Below the pieces are notes generated by a model that made no database searches, was not told the origin of the DNA, and worked only from the letters and a program-made list of their open reading frames with translations. DNA of 64,000 nt, taken from the IMG/VR virus record IMGVR_UViG_3300023174_000147; one strand, 5' to 3'. Of the stretch, positions 21,367 through 32,100 are shown piece by piece; positions within the stretch are counted from its first letter, which is position 1, and each line of letters opens with the position of its first letter. The position numbers and the translations under genes were made by a program. Source of the DNA: an uncultured virus (IMG/VR IMGVR_UViG_3300023174_000147) (lineage: Duplodnaviria; Heunggongvirae; Uroviricota; Caudoviricetes).

Positions 21367-22281
21367 TTAAACCGTTACATTAGTGCCTGATAAAACGATC
21401 CAAGAACCATTTTGATCTGCTTGGCCTTGGCCGACTCTAGGTTCCCATTGAAGAGTTACTGATGAACGATAAGCTTTGCTAGCAGCTATTGTTATACCAC
21501 CGGTAGCATATCCACCATAATTAGCACTGGTATTAAATCCGGTGTAGTAGGTTGAGGTTGTTCCTGTTACCCCAGTATAGATATACCCTGTTGCCGCTGA
21601 CGTATTAACGATAGTTACTCTAGTTCCTTGTGCAATATTAGGTAGGGTTAAACCTACTGGGGATGTTCCGTCGACAACTTTCATATAGAATCCAGTAGGT
21701 CCACAATTTGCATAAATAACGTCTTCTAAACCTGAAAATTGATAAGGAGAGTTTACTGAGGTAACAAGTCCACCACCACCAATTCCAGATGCTGTTGAAG
21801 CAAACGCCGAACCTGCAGTTAAACCACTTCTATAAGTTGTATTTGAACTTATAACGTGACCCACAGGACCTAATTTAAGTGCTCCATTAGCACTTAGACT
21901 TCCATTAAAACTAGATGTTCCGCCAGCTACGAAAATAGAGGATGATCCAAATGTAACCGTTCCATTTAGTACTACAGCTCCTGATGCTGTTATATCAGTA
22001 GATTGTACGCTTACAAATGAAGCTGCTCCTAAGTTGTTTACTGATGCTGTAGGTACGCCCGTAGAAGGAATAGATAAAGCATCAAAAGCTCCAATCTTTG
22101 CTTGTACTTTACCCGTAGAAGCCCCACTAAGATCTAGTATTCCGTTTACCGTATCGATACCAAAAACTGTGATGTATCCATTTATCCAATTTTGTAAGAT
22201 CAGGAAGTTGGAGTTGATCGTTACTCTTGAGCCTGAGATCGAGTCAGTGCCTAGAATTTCTGTAATGTTTACTGTTGCCAT
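21367..22281 (-). CDS. fibre/spike-like virion protein
   Basis: N-terminus ILGTDSISGSRVTINSNF resembles that of the three collagen fibres; Gly/Ser/Thr-rich. Confidence 0.55.
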   Translation of the reverse strand: MATVNITEILGTDSISGSRVTINSNFLILQNWINGYITVFGIDTVNGILDLSGASTGKVQAKIGAFDALSIPSTGVPTASVNNLGAASFVSVQSTDITASGAVVLNGTVTFGSSSIFVAGGTSSFNGSLSANGALKLGPVGHVISSNTTYRSGLTAGSAFASTASGIGGGGLVTSVNSPYQFSGLEDVIYANCGPTGFYMKVVDGTSPVGLTLPNIAQGTRVTIVNTSAATGYIYTGVTGTTSTYYTGFNTSANYGGYATGGITIAASKAYRSSVTLQWEPRVGQGQADQNGSWIVLSGTNVTV

Positions 22282-22310
22282 TTTATTATTTTTATTTCTT
22301 TTTGAATTGA

Positions 22311-22320
22311 AATATATATC
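22311..22320. promoter_or_regulatory. AATATATATC: GATATATA on minus strand overlapping AATATATA on plus strand; possible bidirectional promoter
   Basis: Lies between divergent starts at 22281 (-) and 22344 (+). Confidence 0.55.
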
Positions 22321-22343
22321 TACATCTCAGACAACACTTAAAT

Positions 22344-22499
22344 ATGGCAATACTCAAAAATGAACTTACCATAATGGACATCAAAGACATATCTTTAAGT
22401 CCAAAACAAGTGATTTATTCCAAGAATATAGACAATTTTACTAGCATCAAAAAAATCAATCAGATTAAGGATAGTCCGTGCGGTTACTACAAAAAATAA
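22344..22499 (+). CDS. small hypothetical protein (51 aa, MAILKNELTIMDIKDISLSPKQ...), not in ORF track
   Basis: Manual translation; fills gap and ends 7 nt before phoH. Confidence 0.45.
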   Translation: MAILKNELTIMDIKDISLSPKQVIYSKNIDNFTSIKKINQIKDSPCGYYKK

Positions 22500-22506
22500 A
22501 TATAAT

Positions 22507-23274
22507 ATGGCTAACAGAAAAAAAAGAATTAGTGACGAAGAATTTTATGAAACGTTCCCCCCGGGATACCAATCTCCTAATGTATCTAAATTTGATCTAC
22601 AAAAATTAAAAGTAGATTTCAAATTTAAAAACGAGAGTCAAAAAAATCTAATAAATTTAATTAATGGAAATAAAATCACTATCGTGGCTGGTCCAGCTGG
22701 AACAGGAAAAACTTATCTAGCATGCGCACAAGCTTTAAAGCTTTTAAAAACGGACCAAAGATTTAAAAAAATAATTCTAGTTAAAAGTGTGACTGTTTTA
22801 GAAGGGGAGGAAGTAGGATTTCTTAAAGGTGATCTTAAAGAAAAAATGTTGCCATTTACTATATCTTTCCTCGATAACTTCCATAAAATAATCGGGGAGG
22901 GATTAACTCAAGCGATGCTGGACCAGAACTACATTGAGGTTTTGCCGCTAGCTTTTATTAGGGGGAGATCAATAGATAATGCAATTATAATTGTGGATGA
23001 AGCTCAAAATATAACTCAAAAAAATATGAGATCCACAATGACCAGAATAGGTACGGACACCAAGATGATTATTACAGGGGACACCAAACAGGTAGACATG
23101 AAAAACCCAAAGCTATCATCGCTTGACTTAGTTGTTAAAATCTTCCAGAATAAGGATAATATTGGAACAATGCACTTTGGTATTGGCGATATTGTCAGGG
23201 ATCCTATAGTAAAATTAATAGAGGAAACTTTTGATGAATGGGATGAGAAAAACTCAAAACAAAATAAAGAATAA
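22507..23274 (+). CDS. phoH: PhoH-like ATPase
   Basis: GPAGTGKTYLA, GFLKGDLKEKM, PLAFIRGRS, IIVDEAQN, TRIG, ITGDTKQVD, DIVRDP. Confidence 0.95.
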   Translation: MANRKKRISDEEFYETFPPGYQSPNVSKFDLQKLKVDFKFKNESQKNLINLINGNKITIVAGPAGTGKTYLACAQALKLLKTDQRFKKIILVKSVTVLEGEEVGFLKGDLKEKMLPFTISFLDNFHKIIGEGLTQAMLDQNYIEVLPLAFIRGRSIDNAIIIVDEAQNITQKNMRSTMTRIGTDTKMIITGDTKQVDMKNPKLSSLDLVVKIFQNKDNIGTMHFGIGDIVRDPIVKLIEETFDEWDEKNSKQNKE

Positions 23275-23286
23275 GTCTTTTACGGC

Positions 23287-26200
23287 TTATTCTTTATTAA
23301 ACGTAGAATCCGGATTATCTGGTATAATTATAGCAGATCCAAATTGACCCTTATTAGTTCTCATTATTTCAATTTCTTGATTTATTAGATCCCTACCTAA
23401 TCTCATTGCTTTGTAATCTCTAGCAATAAAAGGAGGATTAGGATATCCATAGTCGATAGAATCTACAAAATCCGGCCTTTTATCATCCGGCCTTTTGTCT
23501 TTGTGATTTATTACTTTTATAAATCCTGCCTTAGAAACTTCGTAAACATTACCCTCTGAATCTTCTACCTGATTGTATATAGTATAATAGCCTGGATTTA
23601 CGAACGTATAAATAAAATAAGGGCTTTCTTTAATATTAAGAAATTCCTCACCCGTTTCAGGATTACTTAATACCCATTTATTATTTGTCTTACCGTAAAT
23701 ATTAGAAGCATAATTATTAAAAATTACAGTGGACAGTAACGGGATTTCCATATAACTATCTGTCGAATGAACATCGCACCAAGTCCAAGCACCTGAACCT
23801 GGTCTGGATATAATATTACCTAAGTTTATACCAAGTTCTGGTTTATATTGTTTTATTATGGAAGAAAATCCTGCAGTAGCACCAAAATATATTAGACTTC
23901 CCGTTCCCCCTGTAGTTCCGCTAGTATTTATACCTGACGAAAATAGGTTAGATGAGCTGTCTTTAGTGAATGCTATATCGCCAGTGAATAGGCCTAAATT
24001 TTCTAGATCCAAATTTTTACCTGCATTATTTGTCTTCAATAAAGCTACGTTATATCCGGTTAATCCTGGCGTGTTTATCTGATATGATGATATGAATTGA
24101 TTGTTATCTAATTTATCAAAATATAAAATTTCCATCTCCCTATCAAAGACACCAGTCTTATTTGAGAATATATTCTTTACTGTTCCCTGGTCAGTTATCT
24201 CTGCAGTATAAAGATAATTATCTCCAGTCGATCCTAGAATTATCTGGCTTCCGAAATAACTACCTGTTATACCCTGTCCATAGTCACCTATTATAGTGTT
24301 TACGCAGTATCCAGACTTATCTTTGGCTGAATATATTTTATCTATATTTCCGTTTGCAGATGTTCCTCCTATATTTATTACTCCCCCTGTTATCCCATTT
24401 CCTGTTGGCCCCGATATTATGTAAAAAGGATAGCTGCTATATGGAGAGGGCGATGGGTGATAAACGTTTAATCCGAACATGCTAAAGTTACCTTTAGATT
24501 GTCCTGTAATCAAAACACCCGTTTCGTTATCTGATGATTTTATCCCGCTTATGTAAAAACCCCCGGTAGTTCCTGTAGTATTTATGACATTATCTAGAGC
24601 AAGATTATCGCAATCCAATTTTACGTAAGACCCAAAGGTATTCTCTGATGCATTGCCTATAATACTAGGTGATGTACTTAAATCATCATTTCTATTCCAA
24701 GCATTTTTTAATGTGTCAAAAGTGACCGGGCTACTTGCTTCGTGTGTAATAGCAAGATTCACATAGTATCTACTGGAATCTATTGATGTGTAAGCAGTTC
24801 CCCCTGGATATGTTGATGTTGGTACGAAATGTCTAAATGAATTTATTTTATATGCTTTTTGTACTGAATTGTTATAATCTCCAGTAACACCAGCAAATGA
24901 TGAAATGTTACCTAGATCTCTTCCTATTTTAGCTACAAATATAGCTTTAGAATTTTGCTGGGACGTATTATTATAAAGTGTATATGGATAAACTACTGGG
25001 AATCTGTCATATATGTAAATACTAACCGGTGTTCCGTTAGTGTAATTATTAACTGCATTAGTTGAACCGTATTGATAAGTAACCCCGATACTGAAAGAAT
25101 CCGAATCTCGGTAAATCTGATCTATTCTATAATAGGAGATGTCAACGGAATCACTATCTACATCTAGTTCTATAGTTTGTCCTGTTAATATATTGCTAAT
25201 AGTAGAATACTGGTTAACACTGGAGGAATCCGTGAAATTAAGGTAGATTCTGTTAACAGTATTATAATTTCCGCCATATCCTGCAGTTACGCCGATAAAT
25301 CCTAGATCGCAATATGTTGAGGCGACAGTATCCTTATTACCAATAGAAAGATCCCATATTGCGGAAAGAAGAACTGCTCCCGTATCGGGAACCCCTATTC
25401 CTGCTATAGATCCAGAAGTTGCACCGGGTACCATAGGGTTAGTAACTCCTATCGGAGAACCTGTTGCTCCAGTAGGTCCACTTAGATTTTCATATGCGCT
25501 CCATACATACTCGCCAACTTCTATAAACTTATCAAATGTTCCGGAAGCATATAAATAAAGACCATCTTCACTTGAACATATACTTTGGACATCAGTACTA
25601 AATCCTCTAAAAGGAAGTATCGAATCAACCTTTCCGCTTTCCGAATAAGCGACTATAAATCCGGTTTTACCGTTATTTGCGGTATTGTATGTCGAAGAAG
25701 TACTAGAATTTAAGCTAGGACCAACACCAGATAATATAGCTGGTGTATTGTCTGCGTAATAGCCGAATTGAACCGAATAACTTCCGGTGTATATGTCGGG
25801 TATAACACTTCCCGCGATGTAGTATTTATTTTCACCAAAGAATGTTTGAGATGTAGATGATGTTACGTTAACCATACCAATATTACCTGATGCTCCAGAA
25901 ATATACGAGATTGCTTCATCCCAAACAGGTGCTTGTATGCTTTCGGTTATCTGATCTTCTTCAAATGTTGGGATCGGCCAATTATTCCAATATGCTTGTT
26001 TACCAGCTCTTCCGTCAGCTATATCACTTAGCTTAGTTGTCAAAAATAAATTATCTAGGTCTAATCCAGGATGCTTGTATGCTAAAAAAGAATTATCATA
26101 AACCATCCACTCAGGATAATCCCACGTGTATTTGTTTATTTTTGGCAAAGGTGCGCCTCCCCCGGTAGCAGTATAATATGTGAAGTTCCATCCAGTAGCT

Positions 26201-27306
26201 CCTGCGTATTTTGATGATCCATAAACGTGGGGTAGATCGTAATCGAAATTTGAAAGAGTATTATAACCAAGAACCCATAGGTCATTTTCGTGTATAGTGA
26301 GATTATCTTGTGTTGTATTATGTCCTATTATCTCTATACCAAGAACACCATTGGAGGGTAAGGCGGAATTAGAATTATTAAATTGAGTGTGTGTAGTGCC
26401 ATTGAAATGCCAAAGCCCGGTACCGAGTCCAAGCTCGCCATCTCCTTTGGAGTAGAAAACGTGGCCATTTTCTCTTGCCTTTATAGATGTTATTGGGCCT
26501 CCGCTAATAGAGTAATTCCAAAATTCTATGCCATCGAAATAAGAAAGTCCAATATCTGTCCCTATCCAAAGGTTACCATTTTCATCAAAATCTAAGCAAT
26601 AAATATTATCTGATATTATCCCACTTGTGCTTGAGTTATAGATCTTTGCTTGTTGAATGTATTTAGATCCGTTTGTTAGTGTAAGAGTCTGTAGCTTTCC
26701 CTGCGGAACTACAAAGAGTCCTTGGGAAGTACCCATATAGTATAAATAGTCCTTTCCGCCATATCCCTTTGTTTTTATATCATAAATATGTGGCCAGGTG
26801 TAATCATCAACGGTTTCATCCCATTTATCAATTTCTTTAAAATAATAAAATAACCTTCCTCCGGTAGCTCCTTTAATTCTAGTGTAAGCAGATGCACCTG
26901 TACCCCCTATTCCGTTAAGAGGATTAACGAAAGCTAAAATATCGTCACCGAAAGGACAGGCATAAACCAGGGAGACCTCTTGAGGCTGATCGAATGTACC
27001 TAATGCTTGGAATGTCCAATTGCCGCCCTCGTCAACATTGTTGGTATTAATCCAAAAAACAGCAACCTGATTGAAATTACCCGCTGTTGGTCCTTGTGCA
27101 ACACCAACCCAAGCTTTATCATCAGGATCTATCGAGATAGATCTAGTATCTAAGTAATACGGCGAAACTTGTGGAACTGCAGAGTTTGTGCTATTATAAT
27201 ATTCCCAACTTGATCCATTAAATCTTCTAACATCCTGTCCCGAAGCCCAAACATAAAATTCTTGGTCTAAATCTATCTGATTAATATAAAGTGAGCTGCT
27301 TGGCAT
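23287..27306 (-). CDS. virion protein with Reg_prop/PorZ-like beta-propeller repeats and C-terminal PKD-like domain
   Basis: YNSSTSGIISDNIYCLDFDENGNLWIGTDIGLSYFDG; FNNSNSALPSN; YTFVNPGYYTIYNQVEDSEGN. Confidence 0.65.
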   Translation of the reverse strand: MPSSSLYINQIDLDQEFYVWASGQDVRRFNGSSWEYYNSTNSAVPQVSPYYLDTRSISIDPDDKAWVGVAQGPTAGNFNQVAVFWINTNNVDEGGNWTFQALGTFDQPQEVSLVYACPFGDDILAFVNPLNGIGGTGASAYTRIKGATGGRLFYYFKEIDKWDETVDDYTWPHIYDIKTKGYGGKDYLYYMGTSQGLFVVPQGKLQTLTLTNGSKYIQQAKIYNSSTSGIISDNIYCLDFDENGNLWIGTDIGLSYFDGIEFWNYSISGGPITSIKARENGHVFYSKGDGELGLGTGLWHFNGTTHTQFNNSNSALPSNGVLGIEIIGHNTTQDNLTIHENDLWVLGYNTLSNFDYDLPHVYGSSKYAGATGWNFTYYTATGGGAPLPKINKYTWDYPEWMVYDNSFLAYKHPGLDLDNLFLTTKLSDIADGRAGKQAYWNNWPIPTFEEDQITESIQAPVWDEAISYISGASGNIGMVNVTSSTSQTFFGENKYYIAGSVIPDIYTGSYSVQFGYYADNTPAILSGVGPSLNSSTSSTYNTANNGKTGFIVAYSESGKVDSILPFRGFSTDVQSICSSEDGLYLYASGTFDKFIEVGEYVWSAYENLSGPTGATGSPIGVTNPMVPGATSGSIAGIGVPDTGAVLLSAIWDLSIGNKDTVASTYCDLGFIGVTAGYGGNYNTVNRIYLNFTDSSSVNQYSTISNILTGQTIELDVDSDSVDISYYRIDQIYRDSDSFSIGVTYQYGSTNAVNNYTNGTPVSIYIYDRFPVVYPYTLYNNTSQQNSKAIFVAKIGRDLGNISSFAGVTGDYNNSVQKAYKINSFRHFVPTSTYPGGTAYTSIDSSRYYVNLAITHEASSPVTFDTLKNAWNRNDDLSTSPSIIGNASENTFGSYVKLDCDNLALDNVINTTGTTGGFYISGIKSSDNETGVLITGQSKGNFSMFGLNVYHPSPSPYSSYPFYIISGPTGNGITGGVINIGGTSANGNIDKIYSAKDKSGYCVNTIIGDYGQGITGSYFGSQIILGSTGDNYLYTAEITDQGTVKNIFSNKTGVFDREMEILYFDKLDNNQFISSYQINTPGLTGYNVALLKTNNAGKNLDLENLGLFTGDIAFTKDSSSNLFSSGINTSGTTGGTGSLIYFGATAGFSSIIKQYKPELGINLGNIISRPGSGAWTWCDVHSTDSYMEIPLLSTVIFNNYASNIYGKTNNKWVLSNPETGEEFLNIKESPYFIYTFVNPGYYTIYNQVEDSEGNVYEVSKAGFIKVINHKDKRPDDKRPDFVDSIDYGYPNPPFIARDYKAMRLGRDLINQEIEIMRTNKGQFGSAIIIPDNPDSTFNKE

Positions 27307-27329
27307 TTATTTTTTTTTAAATTATATTC

Positions 27330-27337
27330 TATATATT
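27330..27337 (-). promoter_or_regulatory. AATATATA variant of putative late promoter
   Basis: ~24 nt upstream of ORF starting at 27306. Confidence 0.45.
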
Positions 27338-27365
27338 TGAATTACTATAATTGGTATATTAGCAA

Positions 27366-29069
27366 TTAAGGATTTCCGAAATACCAGCCTCTTACTGGGG
27401 TATCAGCTGAAGTGTACACTGTCTGATATGGGTTAGCTATCCTATTAGTGTTAAAAGAGATCCAATTTGAAATCCCAGGAGAGGTTGGTGTTCCTGGAAA
27501 AACATAAGGAGGCCAAGGTCCATTATCAGTTAAATCCACTGCTACTATATAAGGTCCAGTCCCTCTATCTATAATAGAGATCTTAAGTCCATTGAAAGCA
27601 TTTACATCGTATGCTCCCAAGTCATACGCCCATGCGTAATCGGGAGAGGCTGAAGCAACTATATTGGAATCATATCCAGCTGAAATTAAAGCTCGGTTTA
27701 TTAATGTTGCAACACCAAATCTTAATCCAGAAGTTGTATCCTGCATAACTACTAAATTACCATCCGGACTATTCCCTGGTGATCCCCCTGAGGAAATTGT
27801 AACGGGGACTGTAATATCTTGTTCAGGCTCTATCATATCAATTGATCCAGAACCGCTGAATTTTATTGTTAAATAAAGCTCTATTTTTAATCCCGTATTT
27901 GTAAACTGACTGGAGGGTAAACAAGCTCCACCTTTACCTCCACTCGCTCCGGTTGCTCCGTCAAGGCCTACACTATAAGCTACCGGGGATCTACCTAAAC
28001 CTATACTTAATTCAAGAGCTCTGGAAGACTGATATCCTATGGAAGCTTCATTAAAAATCAGAGATTCGACCTGCTTAGCTGTCCAATACCTGTTAATTAA
28101 TAAATTTTTAGCGTATGCGTTTGTATCTGCGAAATAAAATACATAACTAAAATAAGTACCAAGGTCTTCAGGGATCATATAATTACCCTGTGTGTATCTG
28201 GTTAAAGATCTCCATCCTGTCTGTGTAACTCCAAGAGCATCAAAGGCAGAGCTTGAAGCAATGTATTGTCCTCCAAACATTCCGCTGTTTGTAAACTCTA
28301 TATCTTGTGAAGAAGACCAGTAGGTAGTAGTTTCTCCTTGAGCCCTAAATTGTGTGTTGTTTATAGGGAGGTATGATGCGTAATTAGTATCTACAAGATA
28401 GGCATTACCTGAACCAGCCATACCCAATGTTCCCACAGCTGCTCCTGTGTCACTAACATTATAGTAATTAGTTCCTGCAGTGAAACCCGACATTAGGTAA
28501 TTATAAGGCTCGAATCCGCCATTTTTGCTGTATGTAACATTCACGTTGGAAGACGATGTGTTTCCCAAAGCGCTATTGAAAGCAACAGATGATGTTGAAG
28601 TGTAAGTTGAATACACAGCACCAGATTCAGATCCAGTTAAATTCAGCCAGCTGTAAAGGGGGGTCTGCTCAGATTGCGACGTTCCGGTAAATCCGGTCAC
28701 CCCAGCAAGGATCCAGCTATAATAAGAAAGATTCCCGGTAGATCCTGCTGCAGTATAGCTTACAGATGTTCCCATGGGTACTGATGAAACAGTATCAACA
28801 TTTGTAGATAACGTAACCGAAATATTCTCGGGTGACACAACAATTATATTCGATTCTTCTTTGGTAGAGCTATTAGTTTCTACTCCTTTATATACTGTCA
28901 AGGAAACATTAAACCCTAAAGATGATGGTGAAAGATATCTAACAATAGGATTGGTATCAGCGGAAAATGTTGGGCTTCCCCCAGAAAAACCCCAACGTCT
29001 TCTTGTTGGATTTCCAACTGAGGCATCTTGGAATAAAACGTAATCCCCCTGGTTTATCGATAGTGACAT
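27366..29069 (-). CDS. virion protein with N-terminal PKD domain
   Basis: VLFQDASVGNPTRRRWGFSGGSP..S...NPIVRY...FNVSLTV. Confidence 0.65.
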   Translation of the reverse strand: MSLSINQGDYVLFQDASVGNPTRRRWGFSGGSPTFSADTNPIVRYLSPSSLGFNVSLTVYKGVETNSSTKEESNIIVVSPENISVTLSTNVDTVSSVPMGTSVSYTAAGSTGNLSYYSWILAGVTGFTGTSQSEQTPLYSWLNLTGSESGAVYSTYTSTSSVAFNSALGNTSSSNVNVTYSKNGGFEPYNYLMSGFTAGTNYYNVSDTGAAVGTLGMAGSGNAYLVDTNYASYLPINNTQFRAQGETTTYWSSSQDIEFTNSGMFGGQYIASSSAFDALGVTQTGWRSLTRYTQGNYMIPEDLGTYFSYVFYFADTNAYAKNLLINRYWTAKQVESLIFNEASIGYQSSRALELSIGLGRSPVAYSVGLDGATGASGGKGGACLPSSQFTNTGLKIELYLTIKFSGSGSIDMIEPEQDITVPVTISSGGSPGNSPDGNLVVMQDTTSGLRFGVATLINRALISAGYDSNIVASASPDYAWAYDLGAYDVNAFNGLKISIIDRGTGPYIVAVDLTDNGPWPPYVFPGTPTSPGISNWISFNTNRIANPYQTVYTSADTPVRGWYFGNP

Positions 29070-29091
29070 TGAAAGATAAGATAATTTAAAC

Positions 29092-29099
29092 TATATATC
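29092..29099 (-). promoter_or_regulatory. GATATATA putative late promoter
   Basis: ~23 nt upstream of ORF starting at 29069. Confidence 0.6.
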
Positions 29100-29112
29100 C
29101 ACTATAAAAGGA

Positions 29113-32100
29113 TCATGGATAAGTGCCGTAGGTAAAACCTGCAATAAGCAATCCGCTACCCCCTATAATCGAAGGTGGAGCAGAGCTGGCAGAAACAGAA
29201 ACGTTTGAATTATTTATTATTACATTTATAGGTGGTGTATCTAAGGGAAGATTACCGCTTTCATTTGGGATAGGTCTATAGTAAAAATTCTGTATATTTG
29301 GATCAGAAGAGTTATTTAATTGATCTGCAAGTTCACCAATAGTTAATGACGATGCTCCTGGCTGTATTGTCATTCCGATAGGATACGGATAAAATTCATT
29401 ACCTGTGCTGATTTTTATAAAATCCCCAGGGGTTATATTATGTAATTCATATCCACCGAGCCAGTCATTATTAAACTCATAATCAAACCACGTGTGTGCA
29501 TAACCTTCGTCCCATGCATTATCAGTAAATATGTTCCAGTTTAATTTTTTAGTCCCCCAGTATTTTAAATTTGCATTAGGTAAATCCGGGCTAGATTCAG
29601 ACCAATACACATAAGATTCGATTGGACTAACTCCACCACTCAATCCAGTAGAACTAGAAATTACAGAAAGAGATCCAGTAGCTTCATAGGTAAGTTGAAC
29701 CCCATTTTGATCAGCACCCAATTCATCAGGTGCGCTGATAACTAACGTAACATTAGGGGAGTTTCCTGGATCTGTACATGATGCAAAATAATCTGGATAT
29801 GTTCTAAGCGAGTTAATGGACGATGTGATAGCATTCACACTCCTATATAAAGAATCTCCAGATTCGCTAGATCCTACCAATCTTCCGCCTACATATACTG
29901 AAATAGAACCTGCTCCTGTAGCATATTGATTTGGGTATATTAAAGAATATACTGATAATCTAGTAGGTCCAGCTTGATTAATTGTATAACTCCATGAACT
30001 TTGGATTATTATCGGTATTTTAAAAGTATTATTAGATCCGTCGGGTACTATTATTGTCCATCTTCCAACAAGCTGAGGTATAGTTCCAAATAATGTTACT
30101 TCATCACCTGTTTGTAGACCATGATTAGCAGAACAAATAACGGTGGCAAAACTATATTGGCCAGGGATTATCTGATATGAAGTTATTTCGGTTATGGTTA
30201 TATTAGATTGGGTAAGAGAAATATATCCAGTTGCTCCGATAGGATCCGCATTAACTTTAACATAAGCATCCTGTCCTTCTTCTGATTTATTGCCATAAGT
30301 TGCAAAATCTAAAATCTCACTAGGTATTGTTTTTTCTAAAACCTCTATAGATTCACCTTCAGCTGGATATTCCCAGATTGAGTTATAATCTTCCCAACCT
30401 TTAAAAACATTTCTCCATGTATAATCTTCAACTTCTCTGTATCTTGTCCAAGCATCTATATCAACGATTTTAGGGTTAACCGTTATAGCTCCATTTTTTA
30501 TTGCTACTGTTTTAGCGTTAAAAGCGTCATAGACGTTGCACGTTACTTGATAAACCCCAGTGTATGGTACAAAGTGGGCTAAGGTATAAAAGTCCAGTAT
30601 AGAGCCTCTAAATTGAAAATTATAAGGGCTTCCTTGCTGTGTCGCTGGCTTGTTCACTATCCATTCGATATCAACCATATTAGAAAAATCAACATTTTTC
30701 CAATTCAATAAAGAATAGTTTTGTATGCTTGAAAATAGTGATGCCTCATCGGTATTTATAACAGTAGAGTTATCAAGGAAAATTGTATAAATACCCGTCG
30801 AATAGCTAACCGCAGTTACTGTACCGAACACGTTTGTTGGCTTATATAAAACCCTACTTCCGACTTTAAATACAGGGGTCAAAAGAGAAGACCAATTTAT
30901 ATTCAATTCATCCCATGACCATCTATCCAAAATAAGTTCCAAAACTATTGGCATTCCTATAGGGGTCTTATAGGTCAATCCTGTTATCGGATCAATATAA
31001 GCAGGCGGATCATATTTCCCATCACCAAGTTGTAATAATTCTCCATTCTGCTTCAGATCATAAAAGTTACTAATAGCGTTTAGCAATGAATCATTCTGAG
31101 TTGGTGTATAATACTGTTGATTTGAAAGCGGATCTATTGTATTTCCAAGATCCGATAATTCGGATGGAGCTACATTTATAACTCCATTTAAAAGAGATTT
31201 ATTATTGGATGAATAGTAGTAAACAGGAGATGTTTGTTGTGGGCTTACATTCCAAATTAAACCGGGTCCTCCCGAGGTAACACCATTATTAGTTAAACCG
31301 ATAGGGTCAACTTGAGATAGTAGTGGATCTGTGGTTATATAAAAATCAAATCCTGCTGTAGAAAGACTAAATTCATAGGTCTTTCCTGCGTTAATATTCA
31401 ATACAGGATTTGGTCCTGATAAGCCAGTTGCTCCGGTAAGTCCAGTTATGTATATGGCACTTCCTGTACCACCCAATACACTTGTCTGAACATTAAAATA
31501 ATTATAATATGAAGAAGGGGTTTGTATGGATGTACTTAGGGGTCTAATTGAAAAGTTCCTAAGATCCTCAATAAATCCAAAATCTGGTGTAACTTTAATA
31601 TCAGTATAAAAACCAGAATCAATATCAGGTCTTTGCATAATATCAGTCCATGCTTTGGTATTATAAACATTAAAGTAAATTCCCTCCCCTGTTATATCTA
31701 TAATTCTAGCATTTAATGGTAAATAATCTCTCTTAAGTCTTTCCTTAAGGGCAAACATTTTTATAAGGACCTCTTCCTGAGTGAATTGAAAAGAATCAAC
31801 TACTTCTGGATATCCATAGTCCGAATCATATCCTGTCGTTTTGTTTATATCGTAATAAAGTCCAAACAAAGACGTTTTTTTATAGGTTCTACTAGGCAGT
31901 ATTGTATTGTCTGAAGAAACGTCTAACACATATTGTCCATCTGAATTCGGCCCGTATGTTTGAACTAATTTATATTTTCCTGAATTAGGATTATCTAAAA
32001 CATCTCCAATCTGATAGCCCTGGCTATATCCTTTAGACTGCTGTTGTTTTATTGCATCAAGAAATCCTTGATTTTGCTGTAACGGTGATTCTAATCGTGC

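Noticed and set aside
22034..22363. 109-aa plus-strand ORF upstream of phoH
   Set aside because: Overlaps the minus-strand fibre gene and spans the promoter; 22344..22499 fits better
23465..23500. Short direct repeat ATCCGGCCTTTT
   Set aside because: Small in-frame duplication (DKRPD twice) with no sign of mobile or regulatory role
27332..27339. TATATTTG on plus strand as a host-type promoter
   Set aside because: No plus-strand gene follows; overlaps the minus-strand AATATATA site
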